The notes beneath the pieces were generated by a model, which made no database searches, was not told where the DNA came from, and worked only from the letters and a program-made list of their open reading frames with translations. Below are positions 38,164 through 48,020 of a DNA stretch of 64,000 nucleotides, one piece after another (within the stretch, counting starts at the first letter, position 1; the number at the start of each line of letters is the position of its first letter). Position numbers and translations under genes: made by a program. The stretch is from Candidatus Eiseniibacteriota bacterium (lineage in GTDB: Bacteria > Eisenbacteria > RBG-16-71-46 > JABDJR01): positions 1,440,001-1,504,000 of the forward strand of contig CAWANH010000029.1 of the NCBI GenBank assembly GCA_963783375.1, written 5' to 3'.

Positions 38164-38658
38164 CTATCCGGCGACTTCGGCTCCGACCCGCTCCTTGATG
38201 AGGAGGACGGGGACATCGAGGGCCCGCGCCACCTTCTCGGTCTTGCTCCGGAGCAGGGTCTTCCCCTCGTGGATGGGGAGCAGGACCAGGGTGGCCTTGC
38301 AGTCCCGGGCCGCCTTGGCGATCCCCTCCACCACGTCCTCCCCCATCAGGGTCTCGTAGTGCAGGCAGGGGGTGCCCAGGCAGATGCTCTCTCCGAACAT
38401 CCGAAGCTGGTTCCGGGTCTCGTCCTTCACGTCCCCTTCGGACCAGGGAGCGCCGAGCCCGCGGATGAAGTCGTCGTTCTCCCCGAACTTGCTGAGGCGG
38501 AAGACGTGCAGCTCGGAGCCGTACTTCCGGCGCATCTCACAGGCGGCGATGATTGCCTGCCGGGAGGCGGGGGTGAAATCGATGGGCACCAGAATGACCT
38601 TGAAGAGCCCGGTTGGATCGAATTCTGCAGGATTTCCGGGACAGTCGTTGATTTCCAT
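38164..38658 (-). CDS. Universal stress protein
   Basis: FKVILVPIDFTPAS...EGIAKAARD...TEKVARALDVPVLLI. Confidence 0.82.
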   Translation of the reverse strand: MEINDCPGNPAEFDPTGLFKVILVPIDFTPASRQAIIAACEMRRKYGSELHVFRLSKFGENDDFIRGLGAPWSEGDVKDETRNQLRMFGESICLGTPCLHYETLMGEDVVEGIAKAARDCKATLVLLPIHEGKTLLRSKTEKVARALDVPVLLIKERVGAEVAG

Positions 38659-38961
38659 GGCCGTGAGCCTCCTCCGGGCCTCGCCGGCGTCCTTGCCGGG
38701 GGCTTTCTTGCGAGTCTACCCGATCTATCACTCAGGAGATCATCTTTATTCCCTAACTGGCTATTCCTCCTCGCCGGAGATCGAGGCCCGTTCTCCCCGC
38801 GCCGGCCGGCGCCGACCCGTTACCGGCAAGTGATACGACAATTCAAGATTCGGCCCTCGACGGACCGGGGGAGACTCCGTAGAATCCCCGTCGTTTGGCT
38901 TCCGCCGGAAACGGCCCGGCGGGGCCCGGATACGGGACAATTTCAATAAGCGAGGATCAGG

Positions 38962-40119
38962 ATGGCGACGCTCTTTATCCCAAGGGAGACCGTTCCCGGT
39001 GAGACGCGTGTGGCCACGAATCCGGACACGGTGAAGCGGCTGGTCAAGGAGGGGCACACCGTGACCGTCGAGGCGGGTGCGGGGGAGGGAGCCTCCATTC
39101 CCGACCAGGCCCTGACCGAGGCCGGGGCCACGGTAAGTTCGGATGTGGCAGCCCTGTACGGCGGTGCGGACGTGGTATTGAAGCTCCACCCCCCCCGCAT
39201 GAACGACACGTCCGGGAAGCACGAGGCGGAGATGGTGCGGGAAGGCGCCATCCTGGTGTCCTTCCTGTGGCCCCTGGAAAACCTGGACGCGGTGAAGATC
39301 CTGGCCCGGCGCAAGGTCACCGCGTTCGCAATGGACCAGATGCCGCGGATCACCCGGGCCCAGAGCATGGACGCCCTGTCCTCCCAGGCCAACCTCGCCG
39401 GGTACAAGGCGGTGATCATGGCCGCGGAGAAGCTCCCCAAGATCTTCCCGCTCATGATGACCCCCTCCGGGACCATCGCCCCGTCCAAGGTGGTGATCAT
39501 GGGGGCGGGGGTGGCCGGCCTGCAGGCCATCGCCACCGCCAAGCGGCTCGGAGCGGTGGTCGAGGTCTCGGACGTCCGCCCCGCGGTCAAGGAGCAGGTG
39601 CTGAGCCTCGGGGGCCGGTTCATCGAGGTCCCCACCGACGAGGCCATGGAGACCGAGGGCGGCTACGCCAAGGAGGCCTCCGAGGAGTTCCTCCGGAAGC
39701 AGCGCGAGGTCGTCCGCAAGCACGTGGTGGAGGCCGACGTGGTGATCACCACCGCGCTCGTCCCCGGAAAGCCCGCCCCGAAGCTCATCTCCCCGGACAT
39801 GGTCAAGGAGATGCGCACGGGATCGGTCATCGTGGACCTGGCCGCCGAGCGCGGCGGAAACTGCGAGCTCACCGAACCCGGGAAGACGGTGGTGAAGGAA
39901 GGGGTCACCATCATGGGGACCCTCAATATTCCCGGGACCGTGCCCTTCCACGCCAGCGACATGTACGCCAAGAACCTGCACTACGTGATGCAGCATCTCT
40001 ATCCGAAGGGCGAACTCAACCTCGACCTCGAGGACGAGATCAACGCCGCCTGCATGGTCACCCACGGCGGCGAGGTCAGGCTGCCCGCGGTCGCGGAGCG
40101 GCTGAAAGGAGGGGAGTAA
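38962..40119 (+). CDS. pntA: NAD(P) transhydrogenase alpha-1 subunit
   Basis: ETRVAT.P, RITRAQSMDALSSQANLAGYKAV, GAGVAGLQAIATA, GGYAKE, DLAAERGGNC. Confidence 0.95.
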   Translation: MATLFIPRETVPGETRVATNPDTVKRLVKEGHTVTVEAGAGEGASIPDQALTEAGATVSSDVAALYGGADVVLKLHPPRMNDTSGKHEAEMVREGAILVSFLWPLENLDAVKILARRKVTAFAMDQMPRITRAQSMDALSSQANLAGYKAVIMAAEKLPKIFPLMMTPSGTIAPSKVVIMGAGVAGLQAIATAKRLGAVVEVSDVRPAVKEQVLSLGGRFIEVPTDEAMETEGGYAKEASEEFLRKQREVVRKHVVEADVVITTALVPGKPAPKLISPDMVKEMRTGSVIVDLAAERGGNCELTEPGKTVVKEGVTIMGTLNIPGTVPFHASDMYAKNLHYVMQHLYPKGELNLDLEDEINAACMVTHGGEVRLPAVAERLKGGE

Positions 40120-40121
40120 CG

Positions 40122-40478
40122 ATGTTGCCCCTGGACGTTCTCGCCGGTAACGGCGTCCTCATGATCGGCGTGATGACGGAAACCTACAAGCTTCCGTACC
40201 ACCCGCTCCTGGTGGCGCTCTACGTGGCGATCCTCGCCACCTACGTGGGTTTCTACGTGATCTCGAAGGTGCCGCCGACCCTGCACACCCCCCTCATGTC
40301 GGGATCCAACGCGATCTCCGGCATCACGATCGTGGGGGCCCTGTTCCAGGCCAGCCAGCAGAACTTCGAGGTCGGCACGCTGCTCGGGATGTTGGCGGTG
40401 TTCTTCGCGATCACCAACGTGGTGGGCGGTTACGCAGTGACCGACCGGATGCTTCAGATGTTCCAGCGGAAGAACTAG
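40122..40478 (+). CDS. NAD(P) transhydrogenase alpha-2 subunit
   Basis: VPPTLHTPLMSGSNAISGI, NVVGGYAVTDRML. Confidence 0.92.
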   Translation: MLPLDVLAGNGVLMIGVMTETYKLPYHPLLVALYVAILATYVGFYVISKVPPTLHTPLMSGSNAISGITIVGALFQASQQNFEVGTLLGMLAVFFAITNVVGGYAVTDRMLQMFQRKN

Positions 40479-40490
40479 GAGAGGCCGGCC

Positions 40491-41933
40491 ATGAGAGATC
40501 TTATCCAAGTCACATACATGATCGCCGCCGTCCTCTTCATCATTGGACTGCAGCGATTGTCCCGGGTCCGATCCGCCAGGGGCGGAAACCGGACCTCGCT
40601 GGTGGGCATGGCGATCGCCATCCTGGCCACCGCCGCCGATCTTCTGACCGGGGGGCAGTTTCACATCCTCTACATCATCATCCCCATCATCATGGGTTCG
40701 GCGCTGGGGCTCTTCTGGGCCTACACCGTGCCCATGACCTCGATGCCTCAGATGGTGGGGGTGTTCAACGGGTTCGGGGGGTTGGCTTCGATGTTCGTGG
40801 CCTACTCCTACTTCTACGAGCACTCGATCAAGCTCGGGGGCGGCGTGCTGTCCAAGATCGGAGCGCCCTTCGGGGGGCCCGACGTGGCCATCACCGTCAT
40901 GCTCTCGGTGCTGGTGGGAGCGGTGACCTTCTCCGGCTCCATCATCGCCGCGGGCAAGCTCCAGGGCTGGGTGAACGAGCAGCCGGTGCTCTTTCCCGGC
41001 CGCCACATCGTCAACATCGTGTTCCTGGTGGCCGCGGTCGCCCTCGGGGTGTGGGCCGGGTTCATGGGCGGCACCGAGACCGCGATGATCGTGGGCGTGG
41101 TGGTGCTGGGCATCGCCGCCCTCTTCCTCGGGGTCGGGCTCACCATCCCCATCGGCGGAGCCGACATGCCGGTGGTGATCTGCCTCCTGAACGCCTACTC
41201 CGGGATCGCCGGCGCCCTCACCGGCTTCGTGATCAAGAACAACCTCCTGATCATCGCCGGGTCCCTGGTCGGCTCCTCGGGCATCATCCTCACCGACATC
41301 ATGTGCAAGGCGATGAACCGATCCCTGGCCAACGTCCTCTTCGGCGGCTTCGGGGCCACCGCGGCCACCGGCGACGCCGGCAAGGGCGGCTACACCAACG
41401 TCAAGTCGGTGGGGGCCGAGGAAGTGGCGATGCTCCTGGAGACCGCGAGCAGCGTGGTCTTCGTCCCCGGCTACGGTCTGGCCGTGGCCCAGGCCCAGCA
41501 CGCCGCCGCCGAACTGGGGAGCCTGCTCGAGAAGAACGGGATCAAGGTCTCCTACGCCATCCACCCGGTGGCCGGCCGCATGCCGGGACACATGAACGTG
41601 CTCCTGGCCGAGGCCAACGTTCCCTACGAGAAGCTCTTCGAAATGGACGCCATCAACGACGACTTCAAGAACACCGACGTGGCCATCGTTCTGGGGGCCA
41701 ACGACGTGGTGAACCCGGTGGCGCTCCACGACAAGACGAGCCCCATCTACGGCATGCCCATCCTCAAGGTTCACGAGGCCCAGACGGTGATCATCGTCAA
41801 GCGGAGCCTTGGGGCCGGATTCGCGGGCATCAAGAACGAGCTGTTCGAGTACCCGAACGCCATGATGTTCTTCAGCGACGCCAAGGCGGCGCTGCAGAAG
41901 ATGAAAGAGGAGTTCATCGCCCTCAAGAAGTAG
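40491..41933 (+). CDS. pntB: NAD(P) transhydrogenase beta subunit
   Basis: MTSMPQMV, IGGADMPVV, MCKAMNRS, PGYGLAVAQAQH, HPVAGRMPGHMNVLLAEA, GANDVVNP. Confidence 0.95.
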   Translation: MRDLIQVTYMIAAVLFIIGLQRLSRVRSARGGNRTSLVGMAIAILATAADLLTGGQFHILYIIIPIIMGSALGLFWAYTVPMTSMPQMVGVFNGFGGLASMFVAYSYFYEHSIKLGGGVLSKIGAPFGGPDVAITVMLSVLVGAVTFSGSIIAAGKLQGWVNEQPVLFPGRHIVNIVFLVAAVALGVWAGFMGGTETAMIVGVVVLGIAALFLGVGLTIPIGGADMPVVICLLNAYSGIAGALTGFVIKNNLLIIAGSLVGSSGIILTDIMCKAMNRSLANVLFGGFGATAATGDAGKGGYTNVKSVGAEEVAMLLETASSVVFVPGYGLAVAQAQHAAAELGSLLEKNGIKVSYAIHPVAGRMPGHMNVLLAEANVPYEKLFEMDAINDDFKNTDVAIVLGANDVVNPVALHDKTSPIYGMPILKVHEAQTVIIVKRSLGAGFAGIKNELFEYPNAMMFFSDAKAALQKMKEEFIALKK

Positions 41934-41960
41934 GGCGGGAACATCGGAGTTTCGGAGTTC

Positions 41961-41997
41961 GAACCCGGCCGGATCCTCCCGGCCGGGTTCTCTCATT
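41961..41997 (+). terminator. Terminator-like hairpin after pntB
   Basis: GAACCCGGCCGG-N6-CCGGCCGGGTTC followed by TCTCATT. Confidence 0.65.
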
Positions 41998-42035
41998 CTG
42001 GAGCGCCCGCCCGGGATCCGGGTTAAGATAGGCCC

Positions 42036-42401
42036 ATGCTCAAGAAGCGCCTCATGGTGGTCGGCGACCACGTCATGGTCCGGCCGGAAATCCCGGGGAA
42101 GACCCGTTCCGGCCTCTACCTCCCTCCCTCGGTCGCGGAAACCGAGACGGTGCTGGGGGGATGGGTGATCCAGGTGGGACCGGGTCTCGCCGTGCCCGAT
42201 CCCTTCGACGCCGATGAGGAGCCTTGGAAGCGCCGCGAACGCCGCGCCCGCTACATTCCTCCCCAGGCCCAGGATGGGGACTACGCGATCTTCCTGCGCA
42301 AGGCGTCGGTGGAGATCACCTTCGAGGAGCAGAAGTACCTGATCGTCCCCAATGCCGCGGTGCTGGCCCTGGTGCGCGAGGATCTGGCTCCGATCGAGTG
42401 A
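42036..42401 (+). CDS. groES: Stand-alone GroES-family co-chaperonin
   Basis: VVGDHVMVRPE..KTRSGLYLPP..VIQVGPG..EITFEEQKYLIV. Confidence 0.8.
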   Translation: MLKKRLMVVGDHVMVRPEIPGKTRSGLYLPPSVAETETVLGGWVIQVGPGLAVPDPFDADEEPWKRRERRARYIPPQAQDGDYAIFLRKASVEITFEEQKYLIVPNAAVLALVREDLAPIE

Positions 42402-42425
42402 TGGGTCCGCGCCCCCGCGGGCCGG

Positions 42426-43608
42426 TCAGCGAACCACCAGGATGCCCACCGTGCCGTTGAACTCGTCCCGGACCGCGGTCAGGCCGGGAGGCGCAGACCA
42501 GGCCGCCCCGTTCGCCCGGACGCACACCCGGTAGGTTCCGGGAGCCAGGGGGAACGCGGCCCCCCACCGGCCCTCGACGTCCCGGGAGAGGTTCACCGGA
42601 AGCCAGTCGGTGAAGTCCCCCATCAGCTCCACCCGGGAAGCCTCGGGGAGCCGGACCCGGATGAGAACCCAGCCCTCCTCCACCGTTCGCGCGGAGAACG
42701 CGCCGTCCCCGGGCGGCGAAGCCGCGCGGTCCTCGGGCGCCGGGGCCGGCGCGAATCCGAAGCTCAGCCCCAGGGCGGCCACGTTTCCGGCGGGGATGCC
42801 CTCTTCGGGGACCGAGGGTTCGCGCCCGGCGCGCAGCGCCACGCTCAGGTTCCGGGTGAGCCGGTAGCCGCCGGTCACCATCGCCCAGACCCGGGTGTCG
42901 AGGGCATAGTCGCCGAACCGGAGACCCACCCGGGCTTCGGAGGACCAGCGACCACGTTCCCATCCCAGATGGAGGCCGGCGTCGGTGTAGGCCGGTGCCC
43001 AGGCGCCGCTCATCGGTGACGCGCACCCGGTGCAGGGTGCTATCCGGGAAGAGAATCAGGCTATCGCGGGAGGATATGACGACCCGGTGGCCGAGGGCGG
43101 TCCGCTCGTCCAGGCCGATCTCGAACCGGCCGAGGCGCAGGACGCCACCCGCGGTGAGGAGGCGCGAGGTGGACCAGCGATCGCCGCTCCGGGCGCGAAG
43201 CGCGCCGCCTCCGACGAACCCGCTCACCGGACCGCGGGCGGCGCGAAGCCGGGCCACGGACTGGTAGCGCTCGCTCGCCGGGCGGCCGGGATATCTCCGG
43301 GTTCCTCCCTCGGCGTCGAGGTCCAGGGCCAGGCCCCCGAACAGGGAGCGGCGGTACCCCGCTTCGGCCCGGCCCTCCCCGTCCCATCCCCCGCTCCCGG
43401 AGGCGCGGAGAAGGCCCGACCCGCGAAGAAAGGCGGTCTCGTCGCCCACCACGACATCGGGGGTGAAGAGGATCGAGCGGTCGATGGCGAGCCCGGCGGG
43501 TTCGAGGCTCCTCGCCCCCACGCCGAGGTCCCCCCGGATCGCCCCTCCCGCTGAACCCGCGGCGAAGATCAGCCATCCGGCGGCGAGGAGCGCGACGGCG
43601 CGGCTCAC
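42426..43608 (-). CDS. Exported beta-barrel-like protein with C-terminal glycogen-binding (CBM48-like) domain, frameshifted near 42995
   Basis: Signal peptide and beta-strand pattern in the upstream frame; downstream frame ends in ASRVELMGDFTDW.P...PGTY...DEFNG. Confidence 0.65.
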
Positions 43609-44276
43609 GGCCCCGCTCCTTCACCGGGCTTCGGCGCCCGGGATCCGGAGACGGGGGCGGTCGGAGCCGCCGGAGCCAGGACACGAACCCGGGAGGCCAT
43701 CGCCGCCTCGGGCGGAGATCCCGAGAGAATGGCCGCTTCCACCCCCCGCCGGAGATCCAGGTAGACGTCGTCGCCGGTCCCGCTCCGGCCCCAGTCGAGG
43801 ATCACCGCCGATGCGTGCCTCCGGGAAACCCCGCGGCCGATGAGATCGGCGAGCACCACCAGCCGCACGGTCAGATCCCGGTCCGGGGCGTCGGTCCGGA
43901 TCCGCTCCACCGTCGCGGAGTCCACGCCGGCCTGGAGCGCGCCCGCTGCCGCCACCAGCTCGGCCGGGCTGCTCGCCTCCCCGATGAGTTCCCGCGAGAT
44001 GCGAAGGCGCCGAAGCAGCGCGTTCACCGCGGCCACGATCTTCGGACCGGGAGCCCCCTTGGTGGCTCCCTCCAGGGCCCGCTGCACCAGGGGCTCGACG
44101 GGAAGGGAATCGGCCCGGGCGCGGGCCACCAGATCCTCCACCCCCTTGGCCGAGGCCTCGTCGAGCCGGGCGGCGAGGCGCGGATCGGGCGACATGGGCC
44201 CGGCCCCGGCAAGGGGCGCCGCCGCGGTCACGAACAGGAGGCCCCAGAAGAACGGAAGCGAACGCGCGCGAATCAT
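43605..44276 (-). CDS. Exported helical hypothetical protein
   Basis: Signal peptide; LPVEPLVQRALEGATKGA; overlaps both neighbours in the operon. Confidence 0.65.
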   Translation of the reverse strand: MIRARSLPFFWGLLFVTAAAPLAGAGPMSPDPRLAARLDEASAKGVEDLVARARADSLPVEPLVQRALEGATKGAPGPKIVAAVNALLRRLRISRELIGEASSPAELVAAAGALQAGVDSATVERIRTDAPDRDLTVRLVVLADLIGRGVSRRHASAVILDWGRSGTGDDVYLDLRRGVEAAILSGSPPEAAMASRVRVLAPAAPTAPVSGSRAPKPGEGAGP

Positions 44277-44875
44277 GACGCACCCTCCACCAGTACCACC
44301 GAGCTTCCCCCGCCGAACTCGTCCGCCGGGGCGCGGGGGGCGTCCACGTCCCCCGCTCGGATCCGGCCGTCCACCAGGTAGGAGTACTGATAGAGACCGG
44401 GCTCGAGCGCCAGGGACGCGGTCCAGACCCCACCCGGCTCGGAGCGGACGAGGGGAGTGGCGCGCGGATCCCAGTCGTTGAAGTCCCCGACCACGAACAC
44501 GTTCGCCGCCTCGGGAGCCACGAGCACGAAGTTCACCGGGCGCAAGCCGGCCGCGGCGGAGACCGTCGGCGTCGCGCGCCCGTCCATCGGCGCCGAAGCC
44601 CCGCGGGGACCGACGGCCAGGTGGGAGCCCAGCGCCACCGCCACCGCCACCACCGCCGCCCCGACCAGGCCCGCCAGTGGGGATACCGGCACCGGGCGCG
44701 GCCGGTTGAGCCAACACCACGCCTTCCGGAACCACCCGGCGGACGGCGTCCCCTCGGCGCGCACCCGATCGAGCACCGCCCGGCGAGCGCGCGACTCCCC
44801 GGGCGCCGGGCGCTTGAGCTCCCGAACCGCCTCGTCCAACCAGCCTTCTCGTTCGTCGCCGGGATCAGTAAACAT
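44273..44875 (-). CDS. Putative anti-sigma factor with extracytoplasmic CBM48/isoamylase early-set domain
   Basis: Short cytoplasmic helix, TM helix, then APEAANVFVVGDFNDWD...PGLYQYSYLVDG...DEFGG; immediately follows the ECF sigma. Confidence 0.72.
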   Translation of the reverse strand: MFTDPGDEREGWLDEAVRELKRPAPGESRARRAVLDRVRAEGTPSAGWFRKAWCWLNRPRPVPVSPLAGLVGAAVVAVAVALGSHLAVGPRGASAPMDGRATPTVSAAAGLRPVNFVLVAPEAANVFVVGDFNDWDPRATPLVRSEPGGVWTASLALEPGLYQYSYLVDGRIRAGDVDAPRAPADEFGGGSSVVLVEGAS

Positions 44876-45394
44876 GGTCGAGCCGCCTCCGCATGGCATC
44901 ACGGGCACGCATCACCCGCATCTTGAGCGCGGAAACCCCGTCTCCCGTGGCTTCCGCCATTTCCTCGTAGCTCATGTCCTCCACGTACTTGAGGAGGAAC
45001 GCCTCCCGCTGATCGGGGGGGAGTTCCGCCAGGGCTTCGTGGATGCGGCGCCGCTCCAGGGGGTCTCCGGGTCCGCGGTCGGGGGCCGGGCGCTCGCCCA
45101 GCTCCGAGAGCGGAACGAGCGGCGCCCTGACGCGCTTCATGCGGACCGCGCGGGTGCGGCACCGGTTCACCAGGATCCGGAAGAGCCAGGCCCGGAACCG
45201 GTCCCGGTGGTCGTACCCCCCAGTCCCCGGTAGGCGCGGACGAACGCGTCCTGCACCGCCTCCTCGGCGTCCTCGGGGCTCCCCAGCATGCGCGCCGCGT
45301 AGCGGAGGCATCCGGCATGATAGCGCTCGACGAGAACCTCGAAGGACTCCACGTCCCCCTCGGTCACCCGGCGAACAGCGTCTCCATCGGACAT
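44865..45394 (-). CDS. ECF RNA polymerase sigma factor, frameshifted at G6 (45216-45221)
   Basis: GDVESFEVLVERY..DAEEAVQDAFVRAY in one frame; FRAWLFRILVNRC..LPPDQREAFLL..SYEEMA in the other. Confidence 0.85.
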
Positions 45395-45722
45395 CCACAA
45401 CTCCAAGAACCCCGGGAAGGCCGGATCGGTCACATCCCGCGGCGCCGACACCGGCAACCCGTTGAAGCTTCATCCTATCCTACCCCGTCCCCAGACCGCG
45501 GTTCCGCTCCTGGAGACCACGGGATCCCCCCCGACGGCCTCGCCCTTCGCTCCCCCCGGTGTGACGCTCCGGTCCGGGTCGGGGTTCTTGGAAGCGGACG
45601 GGTCGAGGTCGGGGGGCGGACGGTCCCCTCACCACCGCTCCGGGTCGCGGACGGCGACTCCGACCCCTGGCCCTTCCCCGGCGCCGGTTCCGGCGCGCGG
45701 CGGCATGCGAGAGGAGAAACCC

Positions 45723-46709
45723 ATGAACACCCCGAAAATCGTCTTCAAACCCCTGCTGGTCCTGGCCGCGGCGGCGGCGGTCCTGGCCCTGGGTCCCGCC
45801 GGCTGCGGCGACGATCCCACCGGGCCGGAGCCGGGCCCGCTCTCCACCGGCCTCGTACAGGGCGTGGTGCTCCAGGAAGGCGTCCCGGTTAGCGGTACCA
45901 CCGCCCTCGGCCTGGGGAACGACCGCGCCATGATCCGCTCCACCGTGACCGACGCCCAGGGGCGGTTTGCCTTCGCCGACGTGGCGACGGGAACCTATCG
46001 ACTCTGGGTTACTCCGCCGGATCGGTTCAGGGTCGCCCAACCGACACCGGGCGAATTCCGGGTGGAGGTACTCGCGAACCGGACGGCCACGGTGGACATC
46101 GAGCTGGCCGCCGAGGATTCGACCGGCGGGGATCCGATCGAGACCGGCACCCTGGCGGTTTCGGCCCGGGCGGGCGAGGATCCGGTGGCCGGCGCCTACC
46201 TGAGCCTCTCGCACGCCGGCACCGGTGAGTGGGCGGGCTCCGGAAGAACCGGCGCCGACGGCCGGGCGTGGTTCGATCTCGCCGCCGGCGCCTACGAGGT
46301 CGCGTTGCTTCCCCCGACCTGGTACGAAGTGGACGGGGAGGCGGTGGCCGCCGCCTCGGTGGCGGTGGACGAAACCACCGAGGTCGCCTTCTCCCTCACC
46401 CGGCGGGCGAGCCTCCCTCCCGGCCAGCTCATGGTTTATGTGGACGCGGACAGCCTGCCGGTCGCCGGGGTGCGGGTGTACGCCCTCGACGAAAACGGCG
46501 CCGAGCGCCTGGACAGCGGGGTGACCGACGACCGGGGCCGCGTCGCGTTCACCCTGGACTCCGGACTCTACTCGGCCGAGATCGAGGTGCCTGAAGGCTA
46601 CGATCTCTACTCCGGCCAGCCGAATCCGATGGGAGCCTTCACGGTCCAGGCGGGCGAGACGACCTGGGCGGGCTTCTACCTCCGACTGATCCCCTGGTTC
46701 GAGCCCTGA
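45723..46709 (+). CDS. Lipoprotein with three carboxypeptidase-regulatory/prealbumin-like domains
   Basis: Lipobox PAGC; three repeats of PVxG..TDxxG..F.L..G.Y. Confidence 0.7.
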   Translation: MNTPKIVFKPLLVLAAAAAVLALGPAGCGDDPTGPEPGPLSTGLVQGVVLQEGVPVSGTTALGLGNDRAMIRSTVTDAQGRFAFADVATGTYRLWVTPPDRFRVAQPTPGEFRVEVLANRTATVDIELAAEDSTGGDPIETGTLAVSARAGEDPVAGAYLSLSHAGTGEWAGSGRTGADGRAWFDLAAGAYEVALLPPTWYEVDGEAVAAASVAVDETTEVAFSLTRRASLPPGQLMVYVDADSLPVAGVRVYALDENGAERLDSGVTDDRGRVAFTLDSGLYSAEIEVPEGYDLYSGQPNPMGAFTVQAGETTWAGFYLRLIPWFEP

Positions 46710-46733
46710 GGCGGAAGGACCCTCGGAATAGCG

Positions 46734-46764
46734 GACGGGCCCCGGCTCGGCGCCGGGGCCCGTC
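46734..46764. terminator. Hairpin between convergent genes
   Basis: GACGGGCCCCGGC-N5-GCCGGGGCCCGTC 13-bp stem. Confidence 0.6.
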
Positions 46765-46800
46765 GATCCGTTCGCTTCTCCACCGGATCGGCGGGGACGC

Positions 46801-47763
46801 TCAGCGCGTCGCCGCCTCCGCGTCCCCGGCGGACTCCGGCTTGACCTCATAGGTGATGGTGCGGGTGACGTCGGCCAGCGGCAGCCCGTCCACCTCGACG
46901 TAGGCGCCGGCGGGAACATAGTTGAGCGGCGGGCCCTCCATCCCCTCGAGCTTGACGTCGCGACCCTTGGAAAAGGAGATCCGGTCGGCGTCGAGATGGC
47001 CGAAGAAGTAGTTCTCCTTCTCCGGATGCTTGTCCGCCTCGGAGATGTCCACCGGGTTCCAGGCCCCGGCCTTGTAGTACCAGGCCCAGCAGTGGTATCC
47101 CCCCGCCTGATCGACCTCGCCGTTGGGGGTGGTCGGGTAGCCCATCTCGAAGTAGGTGGGGATGCCCTGGGCGCGGGCCAGGGACATGAAGAGGGAGTGG
47201 AAGTCGGTGCAGTTCCCCTTCCCCACGTCGCAGGCCCGCTCGGAGTCCCCGCGCCCCCATCCCGGTACCGACTTGTCGTAGTCCATCTTGGCCAGCACGT
47301 AATCGTACATGGCCCGGGGGTCCGGCCCCACGCTGTCGGCGATGGCCCGGATCCGCGGGCTGATGGTCACCAGCGCTTCCGCCCGGGTGTAGAGCCTGTG
47401 CTCCGCGTCGGAGAGGGAGGCGGGCTCGGGGGTCTCGACCGGAAAGCGGCGCACCTTGGCCGCGAGGTCCACCGTGAATTCCCGGGGGGGATCGACCACG
47501 GTCACCAGGGCCACCTTGTTGTGGAAATCGGGGTCGCTCACGAACTTCCAGTCCCAGTCGCCCTTCACCTGGAGATCGGAGACCCTCTGTTCCTGGCGCT
47601 CCTGGGGCACGGCTATCCATACCATGGCGGTGCGGGCGCCGGCGGGAACGCCGTTCACGTGGATGGTCCAGCTCAGATCGTAGTCCTTGGCGTCGGGGTT
47701 GCCTTTCAGGGAGCAGCCGCCCACGAGCAGAAGGACCAGGGAGAGGCCCAGAATGCGTTTCAT
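46801..47763 (-). CDS. Transglutaminase-like lipoprotein
   Basis: Lipobox VGGC; GNCTDFHSLF, YHCWA, WNPVD (Cys-His-Asp triad). Confidence 0.88.
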   Translation of the reverse strand: MKRILGLSLVLLLVGGCSLKGNPDAKDYDLSWTIHVNGVPAGARTAMVWIAVPQERQEQRVSDLQVKGDWDWKFVSDPDFHNKVALVTVVDPPREFTVDLAAKVRRFPVETPEPASLSDAEHRLYTRAEALVTISPRIRAIADSVGPDPRAMYDYVLAKMDYDKSVPGWGRGDSERACDVGKGNCTDFHSLFMSLARAQGIPTYFEMGYPTTPNGEVDQAGGYHCWAWYYKAGAWNPVDISEADKHPEKENYFFGHLDADRISFSKGRDVKLEGMEGPPLNYVPAGAYVEVDGLPLADVTRTITYEVKPESAGDAEAATR

Positions 47764-48020
47764 CGAGTATCTCCGGATGCGGCGAACCGGGTCCGCCCGG
47801 GTTGCACGGGGAATGGGGCGTGATTCATTGTGAAGGATGAGGCCGCCCCGGGTCCAGGGTCCCCCCTGAGCTATCCCGGCCCGGACGGGGTAATTCCTTC
47901 CCGGCCGGGCGGCGGGCGCCCGAGAATTGTCGTGGTCGGCGGGGCGAGGGCGCTATACTCCTTCCCTTCGCCGGCGCGCGTGGGTCTTCGTGGGGGCGCT
48001 CCCCCCGGGAGGGTACGGCC

